Shown here piece after piece: positions 1 to 12,388 of a stretch of 64,000 nt of DNA (the stretch's first letter is position 1; each line of letters begins with the position of its first letter). The notes below the pieces were generated by a model that did not search any database, was not told the origin of the DNA, and saw only the letters and a program-made list of their open reading frames with translations. The stretch is taken from positions 1 through 64,000 of the forward strand of contig JAUCBJ010007520.1 of NCBI GenBank assembly GCA_032718475.1. Reading direction: 5' to 3'. The position numbers and the translations under genes are program-made. The stretch comes from Nemertoderma westbladi. Lineage: Eukaryota > Animalia > Xenacoelomorpha.

Positions 1-785
1 ATACTGCTGTACCGTAAACTGCTTGAATTATCGAAAGTATAAACTGTTACCTAACTAATCTCACGAATCGAATATCACCTAACTCATTAATCATATTGTT
101 TGTACTGTTATTTTACCGTCAGTTATTAATTGTAAATATTTGTTGATGGAAATATTGCTATTTGGATAATACGGATAAATCACCCAATTCCCAATTTTCT
201 TGATAACACTACAGGTTAGAGAGACCGGCTATATATAACAATTGCGATTTATATTAATGTGGTGTGTATTGAATCCAATGTTATTTAGCAGACCCTACGC
301 GAGTCAATTACTGCTCTCTTTATGTGTGATCAAATATACTGACTGTCGGCAGAATAGTGTGTATGATTGTGATTGGTAACAAAGTATTTCCTAAAGAATA
401 CGTTTTATACTTTAATCAGCAGCAGTATCGTTGCGTTTAGTATAAGTCTTAGTTCTGTTTAAATAGGTAAAGCGCCACGTCCTAAAGGAACTGTTAATAT
501 TTCCCGAAAGCCAATAATATCTGTCAGAAATTAATTATTAACGATCTATCGAATAATACATTAGGTATACACTGCAACCTTACACTGTAATAATACAATT
601 CAAGCATCCGAATTCAGTCTCCCGGGTGTAGATCCATCGGGTGAATGATCGCGCATGGGCTGATTTCGGCTAATGTTTTGCGTATTAGCATAAATTATTG
701 TCGTATGCTAAAGTGGTTGTAATTAACTAAAAGACATATAAAATTTGGCAGGTTAAACTGCTAAAGGTCTTCGAAAGCGCGAACA
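1..785 (+). mobile_element. 3' part of an LTR (solo or 3' LTR) of a BEL/Pao family related to the 44498-55377 element
   Basis: Colinear similarity to ~45040-45712, including the shared block taaagcgccacgtcctaaaggaactgttaatatt and the terminus aaagcgcgaaCA. Runs off the window start. Confidence 0.8.
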
Positions 786-2335
786 CGGGGAATTCAAATA
801 TGGTATCGGTTTTGCTCCGCGGACGCTATTAAAAAAATAAGGGCCAAAAATAAAATTTCGCGCTTCAAACTCGCTTCGCGGGAAATCGTCTAGCTCGAAA
901 ACTACTTAATTTACGGGAGATTTGTTTACACAGACTTATAGTGCATTAAATTATCTATCTAACAGCGTTAGTTACAGCGCATTAGCTTTTATACAACTGG
1001 TGCGGCAGACGATCGTGTGAAATAAAATATTTAAAAAAAGGGACGAAAAAATTTTTTTTTTTAAATAAATCGCTACTCTATGATAATTTAGCGTATTGCG
1101 CCAAAAGTACATTTAATATTTAGCAAATTACCTCCGCTATCTTTTTTCTTAAAATTTATAATTAAAGTTACGAATTTTAAAGGTCAAAAAATATCACGAA
1201 ATTTTGGCCCTTTTTTTTCATTTTTTTTTGGGGCCAGAAATAACCCCCTCTCAAAAGATAGAAAAAAAAATTACGGCAAAGAATATACCAATTTTATTGA
1301 ATTTGGACCTCCAGAACCGAAGTTAGAGCGATTTTAGTGAAAATATAAAAAAAAAATTTTTACCAAAAATTAAGAATGGCCAATATTGGATTTCGTACCC
1401 GCGAACTTAGGTTTCATTAACGTGATTGATTACCACTAGACTATGTGACCAAGTGAATTTGAAATTTTCGAGTGACTATATTTAAACATCAATAACTTCG
1501 GTTCTACTGGGCCGTTTGATCTGAAACTTTTTTCATTGGATAGAGGATAGATTGTAGTGTGTGAAATAGGATACAACTTTGGAAAAGACGCATGTGCACT
1601 TAGTGCAAAATGCACTTTAATAGTGCACATTTTTTCGATAATTCAAACAGTATTATTTCAAGTTCTATACATCCTAGAATGTTAGTTTTTGGGTTAAAAT
1701 GTAGTTTGGAGTGATTTCTAACTATAATCTTAACATTTGTTTATCTTTTTATGTCTATAAAGTGACTTAAAATGTCCATGAATATGGTCCAAAATCGCAA
1801 ATGTCGCGATTTATTAAATTGGATTTTTTACACTTTTAGCGACTGACACTTGATCACGCACCATCGTAGATCGGTTTAGGATAGACATAAGTGTGTTAAA
1901 TAGGAACCACCTTTAGGATCCGCTAAAGTGCACTTGTGCAAATATGTGTGCAAATGTGCAATTTTTTTTAATAAGGTCAAATTGTGTATTATTGTGTTCT
2001 TTTCGTTGCTAATAATTTATTTTCATATTAATATGTTGTTTGGACCTTACTGAGCGCATTAGGGATATGTGTACAAATAACCGGTCCTTATAAGGGTTCG
2101 ATTGGGTAAATTAATAAAACCTAAGGTTGTAATATTCTAAAAAAACAGTGTGATCTTAAATGAATTTTAAACAATAAATAGAGATCAGATAACAAATGGA
2201 CCACACAATTTATTAAAAAAACTCGCACCTTTTCGGACTTATCGCTTCAATTTTATTCAACAGTGGATATTTGGGGGAAGTTAGATGAACTGCATTTATG
2301 CAGTGATTCTAACTTTCCCCTTCTTAATATAATAT
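786..2335 (-). mobile_element. Non-autonomous Helitron-like repeat, copy 1 (interrupted by the LTR at 785/786)
   Basis: ~1.55 kb similar to 3767-5330, with a terminal hairpin at ~2274-2320. The duplication is certain; the Helitron label and strand are inferred from copy 2. Confidence 0.5.
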
Positions 2336-2788
2336 ACCAAAGGCACATTCTTTGGAGGACCTGTTGTTTACTATGTAGACTTTGTTCAACCTAAACAGCT
2401 TAAGTCAGATTAACAATATTATCCTGTAAAATTTCTAAGCAATGAGTGGTATGAATAAAGCTGATCTTCGAACTATGGCTCTGTAATTAAATTTTATTAC
2501 TTCAACATTTATAGGGATTTACCAGTGAAAGAAACCTAGAATCCATTATCACAATGTAACAGTATCAATAACCATATCTATTCTATGTAGATCATAATAG
2601 AGACATCCTTGATTCATATATTATAATTTCCGAGCTGAAATGTTTCGGTGACTATAACTTACAGGCTTCGTATTATGTACAAACGACTGAGTAGTATATA
2701 TTAATATTAATGGGTTACCGGTATATAGAACGAGTGAACACTGTGAGCGAACATATATTACATAAAATTTAGAGTAAAATAAAATTAA

Positions 2789-5340
2789 CGAGTCCAGTTC
2801 GTCTCCCCTCGTGTCAACCGACCCATACCCCCATCCTTCCCCCTCCTTCCACGCGTTTCCCTTTACCTCGTGGTCTTTTGTCAAGTAAATATTCCATTTG
2901 GGTCCGCCTAGGTGGGAAGAAACATTTTTTAAAAACATTCAGTAAGGGCGGCGTTGAGTGAGGTGAATTCGCCGCCCCTCCAAAGGACGCAGTCTACATA
3001 CTGGACGCGTAGTTACTGCGAAAACGGTGTTCCACCCCCCCCCCCCCCCCCCATTCGACCTATTTTCCAAGGTACGATTTTCTTGATTTTTCGAGGGGGG
3101 ACGCGTAATGCCAAAAAAATAAGATTCTTCAGAGCTTTTAGCGAATCTATCGTTTTGACGGACATGACGGACAATTGTCTGGTTTTTTTGTCTTTTTTTC
3201 ACTAGGACTCTTAAAAAACCTCTATTTGACGCATCCAGAGACACCGAGAATCGAAAGAGGGGGTCTAAATTAGCCATTTCCACTTCTTGGAATACCCCGC
3301 CTCCGGGCTTGTTTTCAATCTATTGTCCGTCAAAGTTGAAAAAACTGACAAAATGACGTTGCGGGATCCGTAATAACTCGCCTACTATTTATCGTACGGG
3401 AACGAAAGTAACGCAGTTGCAATGATGACGAGTGGGTCTACCTTCGTATCGAATGGGGGTAAGAGATTTATTAAAATTTCGGGTGGAAAAAGGGGCCGTA
3501 AATTTGTACGTTTTTATCTGTCTTTTTTCGAAATTTTATTTCCGAAATGTTTAATTCGACAACGCGGGTAGGAATCCACTAATGCTTTTATGAAACTCGT
3601 AGAAGATCATTGGGGCTACGTTTCTATCGAGTGCGGGTACAAAAAATATGTCAACAATAGGGGCCAAAAAGGGCCAGAATATGAAAAATATTTTTTATCG
3701 AATAATTTTTTATTTTTCACTTTAGTAGGTTAAGGTACATTTTATACGGTCAATATCGATACTGTACGGGGAATTCAAATATGGTATTGGTTTTGCTCCG
3801 CGGACGCTTAAAAAAATGAGGGCCAAAAATAAAATTTCGCCCTTCAAACTCGCTTCGCGGGAAATCGTCTAGCTCGAAAACTACTTAACTTACGGGAGAT
3901 TTGTTTACACAGACTTATAGTGCGTTAAATTATCTATCTAACAGCGTTACTTACAGCGCATTAGCTTTTATACAACTGGTGCGGCAGACGATCGTGTGAA
4001 ATAAAATATTTAAAAAAAGGGACGAAATTTTTTTTTTTTTAATAAATCGCTACTCTATGATAATTTAGCGTATTGCGCCAAAAGTACATTTAAAATTTAG
4101 CAAATTACTTCCACTATCTTTTTTCTTAACATTTATAATTAAAATAACGAGTTTTAAGGGTCGAAAAATTTCGCGTAATTTTGGCCCTTTTTTTCATTTT
4201 TTTGGGGTCAAAAATACCCCCTCTCAAAAGATAGAAAAAAAATTACGGCAAAGAATATACAAATTTTATTGAATTTGGAGCACCAGAACCGAAGTTAGAG
4301 CGAATTTAGTCAAAAATTAAAAATATTATTTTTTGCAAAAAATTAAGAATGGTCAATATTGGATTTCGTACCCACGAACTTAGGTTTCATTAACGTGATT
4401 GATAACCACTAGACTATGTGACCAAGAGAATCCGAAATTTTCGAGTGACTATTTTTAAACATCAATAACTTCGGTTCTACTGTGCCGTTTGATCTGAAAC
4501 TTTTTTCATTGGATAGAGGATAGATTGTAGTGTGTGGAATAGGATACAACTTGGGAAAAGACGCATGTGCACTTAGTGCAAAGTGCACTTAAAAAGTGCG
4601 CATTTTTTCTATATTTCAAACACTATTATTTCCAGTTTTATTCATCGTATAATGTGATTTTTTGGATTAAAATGTAGTTTGGAATGATTTCTAACTATAA
4701 TCGTAACATTTGTTTAACTTTTTATGTATAATATAAAATGACTTAAAATGTCCATGAATATGGTCCAATATCGCAAATGTCGAGATTTATTAAATTGGAT
4801 TTTTGACACGTTTAGCGACTGACACTTGATCATGCACCATCGTAGATCGGTAGAGGATAAACATAAGTTTGTTAAATAAGAACCACCATTACGATCTGCT
4901 AAAGTGCATTTGTACAAATAAGTGTGCAAAAGTGCAAATTTTTTAATAAAGTCAAATTATATAGTATTGGGTTATTTTCTTTGCAGATACTTTATTTTCA
5001 TATTAATATGTTGTTTGAACCTTACTGAGCGCATTAGGGATATGTGTACAAATAACCGGCCCTTATGAGGCTTCGATTGGGTAAATTAAAAAAACATAAG
5101 GTTGTAATATTCTAAAAAACCAGTGTGATATTAAATGCACTTTAAACAATAAATAGAGATCAAACAACAAATGGACCACACAATTAAAAACTCGCACAAT
5201 TTTGTAATTATTATATCGCTTCAAATTAATTCAACAGTGGGATTTGGGGAAAGGGGGAAGTTACAGTGTGCATTCGGGGGAAGTTTGGTGAACTGCATTT
5301 ATGCAGTGAATCCAAACTTCCCCCTTTGATATATCATATA
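2789..5340 (-). mobile_element. Non-autonomous Helitron-like repeat, copy 2
   Basis: 3767-5330 duplicates 786-2330. On the minus strand it starts AT-rich and ends in an imperfect hairpin followed by CTCG|T at 2792-2788 (CTRR-like). No TIR, TSD or convincing ORF. Confidence 0.45.
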
Positions 5341-5345
5341 CTTAA

Positions 5346-6306
5346 CCCTATTCCACCTGGGGTTGGGCAGAATCTGCCCAACACTTTTTATTTTCAGAAA
5401 TTCATGATGATGATTTTTATGTATTATTATGAAATTCATTGACTTTTCCTAGAATTTAATTGGCTTTCTGATGGTAACCAAATATTTTTTTCATCATTTG
5501 TACTTTTTGTGCTATGGTGCGTTTTTCTTATCATAGTCGCATTTTTTTATTATAATATCTTTATTAGCCTAACTAACTAGAAAAGATAATCCCTGGTTGG
5601 ATAGTTCCACTAGTCAACAAGCTAGAATACAACCAATTACGGTCCAGGACATTCATTTGGCTGGGTTATAAAATTAAATTCAAACAGGAGATTGTCTACT
5701 GCTTGGATTAGTACACATCAATCACATTATTTTTTAATAACAAAATACTAAACTGACAGATAAGCAATAAGTCTACTAGGATGAAACAACAACCACCATT
5801 GAACCCAGTATATTCCTAATGTAATACAGCAGACATAAACAGAGGTGAATAAATCTATTCAATAACAACACCCCTGGGTGTCTCTAATTGTCTGCTATTA
5901 GTTCAATTATTAATAGTGAATCTTACATTAGTAAACTGTCTGCCAAAATATCGAATGTCAACAATCCACATTCTTCCATGGTCTATTAATTTTCACTTGG
6001 GATGTCTGGCAGAGTTAGGCAGACAGTGGTGTTGGGAGGAGTATGTATAGTATTATCTCATCTTTTTACTATAATGGGTTATCATCATGAAAATTAAATT
6101 ATATGGATATATTATTTTAAATTATGAATATATAAAATTCAGAACAGATGCATTATATATTTTTCTACAAACCTGCGAAAATTTGGAAAGTTTTCGTTAT
6201 CGATTATCGTTAGATTATCGTTACATTTTAGTGTATAATAAACTGTTGGGCATTTATGCCCAACCCCAGGTGGAATCTCGGACAAAAGAGCCCAGGTGGA
6301 ATAGGG
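5346..6306. mobile_element. piggyBac-type MITE
   Basis: TIR CCCTATTCCACCTGGG / CCCAGGTGGAATAGGG, an inner subterminal repeat, and TTAA on both sides (5342-5345, 6307-6310). Confidence 0.9.
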
Positions 6307-7222
6307 TTAAGACATGCTAGGGTGACGGGGAAATATTTGTTACTGTCACACTTTGCTTCCATTTATCCTATCCTTTATTATTACCCCAGTCAGATAAGAG
6401 ATAATAAATCAGTAAAAACTAAACTAAACTGTCTTTCATGCAAACAAATTTCTAACTAAAGACGGGTGAATGACCATGACCATGGAAATAATTTTAAATA
6501 TAATTGTATATCAACTATTTGGGGAGGCTTCCAAGTTAAACCCGAAAACAATTATTTTGTTACATATATAGTAAATAACGTTGTATGTTCTTCTTCCTCT
6601 CATAGTTAAATATAAATGAAATATCTCTGATCGCTATGCCCTGTAACATTTCACAACCAAAATATTTAAGTGTGAAAAGTGTAGGCCTACCACACTCCGC
6701 CCAAACAACCGCAAACGCATAGCCAACAAATTTAACAAAAGGTTACATACATGTTGGGTTCACGACGAGATGAGTGAAAATTGATCGCGTAATATAAAGT
6801 AAAAAATTAAGAGACGGGCTGGCTCTCCTCCACTTTCTTACCCAATGGAAATGTTGTTGTTATAATCTAATATTGGGGCGGGTTTCTCTCGGTATATATA
6901 TATATAAATATACTATACATAAATAGTGTCTAGTAATAGGATTTCCTTAGCCCAACCGAGGTATGACAAATGTCCTTCACCAACTATATATAATAACAAA
7001 TAACTTATATTTCGACAAATTACATGGCTTTATCAAAGTTAAAGGGCCTAGTAAGTAGTACTCTTAGAGCAACTAAAGAAATACTATACATATATATACA
7101 GTATAATATTCCACCATGCAGAATACATTAGGATAACAAATTAACATTAACAAGAAATACATTAGAATTACATTACAAAATATTCTATTTTTTTTATATT
7201 CAGATTAAATATTTAATTTGAC

Positions 7223-7508
7223 CTTTTTTCTTGCTGATCCAACGTCTCCCCAGAGTTTCCACATCCCAGTTGACCATATCCGCCAGACAATCCTCTTCAT
7301 ATATTTCGCATCTGTCAGTGAAGTTGAAAGACCAGCATTGTTCATTCCGCTCACAATCAATGCTGCATTGGTTGGCAGATGTGGCTTTGGTAGATATACC
7401 AAGTTGGGTTTCGATAGTGCAGAAATGGTTGAGGAAAAGACCACCGAGCGATAAGCCTACCACATTGGACAAAATGAAGATGGTAAGACTTACCAACGTT
7501 GCATACAT
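7223..7508 (-). CDS. First coding exon of a secreted PAN/Apple-domain protein (downstream exons not identified)
   Basis: Met plus hydrophobic signal peptide (MYATLVSLTIFILSNVVG), PAN core C-x3-C-x5-C-x-SFNF-x3-C (CSIDCERNEQCWSFNFTDRC), and a GT donor at 7222-7221. Confidence 0.7.
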
Positions 7509-7989
7509 ATCTTATTGTTTATATGACATGGTGATAAATTGATTTTCTGGCTCCATTTGCTATAGAGTTGTTTAATAACATAATTTTTACATATTTACTG
7601 ACTGTTTATTATAATATGTTTTAAATTATTTTCTTATTAATAATAATAATGATCATAATATATGTCTATGTCTATGTGTCTGTGTCTGTTATATATGTCT
7701 ATGGTATTTCTGTGCAAATTTATGTTAGTCGGAGGGTGTAGGGGGTGGGGGGGTTGTGGGTGTTGTTCAGTATTCGTTTAGCACGATTGCTAATATCTCA
7801 GTTATTTTACAACGACATTTTATTACATATTTGGAATCCTTACATGCCAAGTCCTTACAAACAATGAGAAATTATCGGATATCTAACGACATAAAGCTCG
7901 TTGTTTTATAAAACAATGACACAACTTAATGTTTCCAAATTTGAGCCTAAATTCTCGAATGGTGTGATTGCCTTGTAAAAGCGGTAGCA

Positions 7990-8051
7990 TGCCCACTTAG
8001 CTTAGCGTGCCCACTTAGCTTAGCGTGCTCACTTAGCTTAGCGTGCCCACT
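7990..8051. repeat. 18-bp tandem repeat (gcccacttagcttagcgt), ~3.5 copies
   Basis: Directly visible. Confidence 0.9.
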
Positions 8052-8400
8052 TTTTAGTCAAGGTAATTGTCACTCGCATATGTTGCATATGCTGTCTCTG
8101 CATACAAACTGTATAAAAACTTGGCAATTAAAGAGGCGCCATCCGTTCCTTACAACAAGTAACTGCCACGAGAGAGGAGCCATAATTTTAGCTGTGGTGG
8201 TTCAATTTAACACGTTCGTTCGTTAACACGCACCACGAGGCTCAGTTATGAGATACAGATTAATATTGAGCGATTCTACTGTATCACAAACTTGGAATTT
8301 AAGAAATTTAATCAAACACCAGTAAATCAAAAAGAGGGAAACCCTCCCCCCCCCCCTCACCCTCTTAACCTCCCTCTTAATCTGCACCACCCCAACCCAA

Positions 8401-10330
8401 CTAGGATCGGCATGCTGCATTGCAGCTGCATTTTTAAGAATGCTGTGCCGGCTTGTCAACAAAATTGCACCGCCACAACTCCCTATCACCCATGACATTT
8501 GCTAGATCATCCGCATCTTTAAGGCCAGTGTCCTTTAAGATGCGTCTCAAGAAAGTCATGGGCTGTCCACCATGCTTATTCACTCCATGAGGCTGCCAAA
8601 GTACAAGATTATGCACTGGCTGGTCCTCACGGCGAAAGCAATGTCCTGCAAAGCGGAGGCGATTTTGTTCTAGTGTCAAGCTTGGGGGAACCAATGAGAC
8701 ACCTCCAATGTTATATAGTGTCTGGTTGGAGATGTGTGCATTGTACTTGACACAATGAACCCGGCGTAGCATTCTTGTGAATGTGCCATCCAGAGATTTG
8801 GTGTCCTCAGCAGTTAGGGCCCAGCATGGACTCCCGTAGAGGAGTACTGGAACTACTGCTGCTCTAAATAATCGGACCTTAAGTTCCCGATTAATTCTAG
8901 GTGACTTCCAAATCCTGGAAAGCCTATTCAAGGCTGCCCATGCCTTTCCCTTACGTATTCGAAGGTCCTCACCTGACTTCCGGATCCATGATCCCAGGTA
9001 ACAGAAGTCGTCCACATGCTCAAGCATACCATCCTTTGAGCTTATGCTCATCCGATCAGAGACTTGCTGAGGACGTTCAAAGTTAACTGTCAGAATTTTG
9101 GTCCTTCTGGAGTTAATAAAAAGACCAACACTAGAAGCAGCATGTTCTAATGAGCTGAGGAGCCGTTGGGCTCCCTCTAATGATTCTGAGAGTACTCCTA
9201 ATTCATCAGCAAAGTCTAGATCAGTTAGGTACTTGGCAGGATTTCCTCGACTTCTGGAGCCAGTAGGTGGAGTTATCATCACCCCATCATCATTATGATG
9301 ATCTAAGGACATGCGTAGAACATAGTCAACCGCAATAATGAACAAGAATGGTGCATGTGTGTCTCCTTGGAGGACGCCCCATAACACTTCAAATGGTTTT
9401 GTGTCACCGTCAACAGTAGACACAAATGTTGTCGAACCATCGTATACTGATCTGATTGCTGCAATAATTTCATCAGGAATCCCATATAATGAAAGTATGC
9501 TGAACATATGTGACCGAGAGCCTGAATCAAAGGCCTTGAAGAAGTCAACAAAGATAACAGCCAGATGCCTGTCTTTCTTTTTTGATAATTCTTCAATTAT
9601 CCTTCTAAGTGCCAAAATGGGCTCCATGGTCCCACGACCTTTACGGAACCCATTCTGATTTCCACGGAGCAGTCTCTCAATGGGATCCCTGATGCGATTT
9701 AATAGAATCCTATTGTATAGCTTTGCAGCAATCGAGATCAATGAGATTCCCCGAAAAGAACCATAGAGTGTTAGGTTGCCCTTCTTGGGAACTGGCTCCA
9801 ACTTATTTGTTTTCATTTCTTGTGGGACTCTCGTTGTTCGGTACATGTCTACTATGATGGGATAGATGAGCTTTAAACACTCAGGTATTTTAAAGACCTC
9901 AGGGGGAATACCATCTACTCCACTGGCACGATTGGTCTTAATGCTCTTTGCAGCAGCCTTCACTTCTGCAAAGGAGATATCGCCAATGGGAATATCTGGG
10001 AGTACAGACTCAGACACTTTTACTTCTATAAAGTTATCAGGAAATACCCTGTCATTATTGAGGAGCTTTTCAAAGTGGGCTTTCCAACCATTGAGGCGAT
10101 CGGCTGGTGATTCAGCAACCTTGGTGGTTGGTTGGCTTTTCCGCCCAGTAAGCAGATTGATCGATTTCCATGCCTGGGATGATTGCCTGCTGTCGTCAGC
10201 ATCATTGATGGCATCAACCTGTTGGTTTATTAGCTCCTGTAGATTAACAGAGTACTGCCTGTTTAGGGACCTAGATGCAGCCTTAACTGCATTCTTGGCC
10301 GCTGTAGTCTGTTTGAGTCGGGACTCTTTT
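8401..10330 (-). mobile_element. 5'-truncated RTE-group (RTE/Proto2-like) non-LTR retrotransposon
   Basis: RT motifs VPKKG, FRGISL, QNGFR, FVDFFKAFDS, GVLQGDT, YLG and C-terminal LRFAGH. Flanked by a perfect 31-bp direct repeat (8370-8400 / 10331-10361). Confidence 0.9.
8434..10330 (-). pseudogene. Reverse transcriptase ORF, N-terminally truncated; catalytic FADD reads FADE
   Basis: Part of ORF 8434..10401, whose first ~24 aa come from the flank/TSD. No endonuclease domain remains. Confidence 0.8.
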
Positions 10331-10927
10331 CTCCCTCTTAATCTGCACCACCCCAACCCAAAGGCGCACATAGGATTGATGAAAGGCAGAGGTATTAACA
10401 TAAAATTTGTGTTTTAAAAGTAATATGTTATATTTATTTTTAATATAACACAAAGTACAACTGGAATATACAAGCAGTACAAATTTCTAGCATAAATAAT
10501 TAAAGATCGCATATTATTTAATTTACTTAACCAACAAAGAAATCAATAAACACATGTTATTGATAACATGCTAAACTCATAATATATTATATATTTTAGG
10601 CGTGGAGGCGACCCAATTTGTGAGAAATATAACACTTTACCTTATGCTGATAGTATTGATATTGAGATATTAATTATCATGTCAACACCTCAACGAAATT
10701 ATTTAGCTAATTTATTCTAAAAAATCATGATTAAGTACTCGTCCAATCATTTTGTAAGCTAAACACAATAACCAAGCTGGCTTATTAGTCTGGCTCATTA
10801 CAATGCTGCCCTTGAGTAGAGGTGAGGTGTGGTTGGACTGGTTCCCAGTTGTATAATTGTTAAGTATAATTATTTAAATCTTATACTAGAAAGTAATTAA
10901 TATCCTTTAAGAGGCAGGTTGAACGGC

Positions 10928-12120
10928 AGGCATTGCGGAACAGTAAGAAGTGCACATTGGAGGTGTCTCATTGGTTCCCCCAAGCTTGACACTAGAACAA
11001 AGTCGCCTCCGCTTTGCAGGACATTGCTTTCGCCGTGAGGACCAGCCAGTGCATAATCTTGTACTTTGGCAGCCTCATGGAGTAAATAAGCATGGTGGAC
11101 AGCCCATGGCTTTCTTGAGACGCATCTTAAAGGACACTGGCCTTGAAGATGCGGATGATCTAGCAAATGTCATGGGTGATAGGGAGTTGTGGCGGCGCAA
11201 TTTTGTCGACAAGCCGGCACAGCATTATTAAAAATGCAGCTGCAATGCAGCATGCCGATACTAGTAAGAAATGCACAACACACATGCAGACTGAAGACAG
11301 GTAGGCCTACTTAAATGCGATATGATTTAAAGATGGCGGCTGCCGCTACCTAATGGCAAATAAACATTGTAGGTCCAGGATGAGTGACAGATGATGTCCT
11401 TCAGCCCCGGGATGCGGCACAGCGCTTGTTTTCTTGGACTAACTGACACCTGGCTGCCCGGTTGGACTTAGATTAATTACTGGCACCCGGTTGCACTTAC
11501 TGACACGTGCAGACGTGGTTTGACTAAACTGGCACTAGGTTGGACTTGGTTGCTCTTGGCCGCATATGGTTAACTAAATACTGGCCCCGAAACAGCGAAA
11601 GTAAAAGATTATATTATATGTTAATAAATTCACAAAGAAGGAGAGACAGAAGCGACGGTTTTCAATACCTGTGCGAATGTTTATTCCCTTAGCATTCTGA
11701 TTGCCGCGGTTTTCAATATCTGGGCGAATGTTTATTCCCTTAGCCTTCTGATTGCCGCCTCTATCAGTCTATACTATGTTAATGCCATATACTGTAGCAA
11801 CCAACAGAACATAACACAACACAATCCTGGCCGCCGCCTGGATTCTATAACCAGTTTGGTGGATAAACAGTTCAAACATAAATCACGGTTGGATAGTTTT
11901 CCAAGCGGCGTCAAGAATAGTTAACTGGTTAATAGGTACTCCACTGCCGGCGCATCCCGGGGCTGGCGGACACCGGCTGTCACTCTCCTGGATCTGTCCT
12001 GCATTGTTTATTTGACATAGGTAGCGGCAGCCACACTCTTTAAATCACTTAGCTTTAAGTAGGCCTACCTGTCTGAAGTCTGCATGTGTGCAGTGCACTT
12101 CGTACTGGTCCGCAATGCCT
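10928..12120. mobile_element. Foldback/MITE with ~170-bp imperfect TIRs
   Basis: aggcattgcggaacagtaagaagtgcac...cacatgcagactgaagacaggtaggcctacttaaa matches the reverse complement of 11945-12120. Internal ~51-bp tandem duplication at ~11655-11757. No TSD found. Confidence 0.75.
10957..11264 (+). mobile_element. Short 5'-truncated copy of the same RTE-group LINE, inserted in the MITE's left TIR
   Basis: Near-identical to the 3' ~300 bp of 8401-10330. 15-bp TSD agtaagaa(g/a)tgcaca at 10942-10956 / 11263-11277. Confidence 0.9.
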
Positions 12121-12388
12121 AAGCTCTAAAATCACATACGGATTATTCTCCATAGGAATCCATTACATACGCACATACGCGTATGTGCATATGGATACGG
12201 ATACGGCGAAAAGTTATACCCACTAATTAACTGCTTCTCGAAGGCCGCACGGAAATTCAACTTGAAAAATTTTTAAACTTTTGACAGACTACTTGTGTAC
12301 CAAATTTGGATAGAGTCATTTGGCTAACGTTTAAAATTGAACATAACAGAACAACAGAACATTAGACACCGATTGAGTTAGTGGTACC

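Noticed and set aside
9866-10417. 183-aa plus-strand ORF and similar antisense ORFs over the LINE, Sola2 and gag regions
   Set aside because: Antisense shadows of real TE reading frames.
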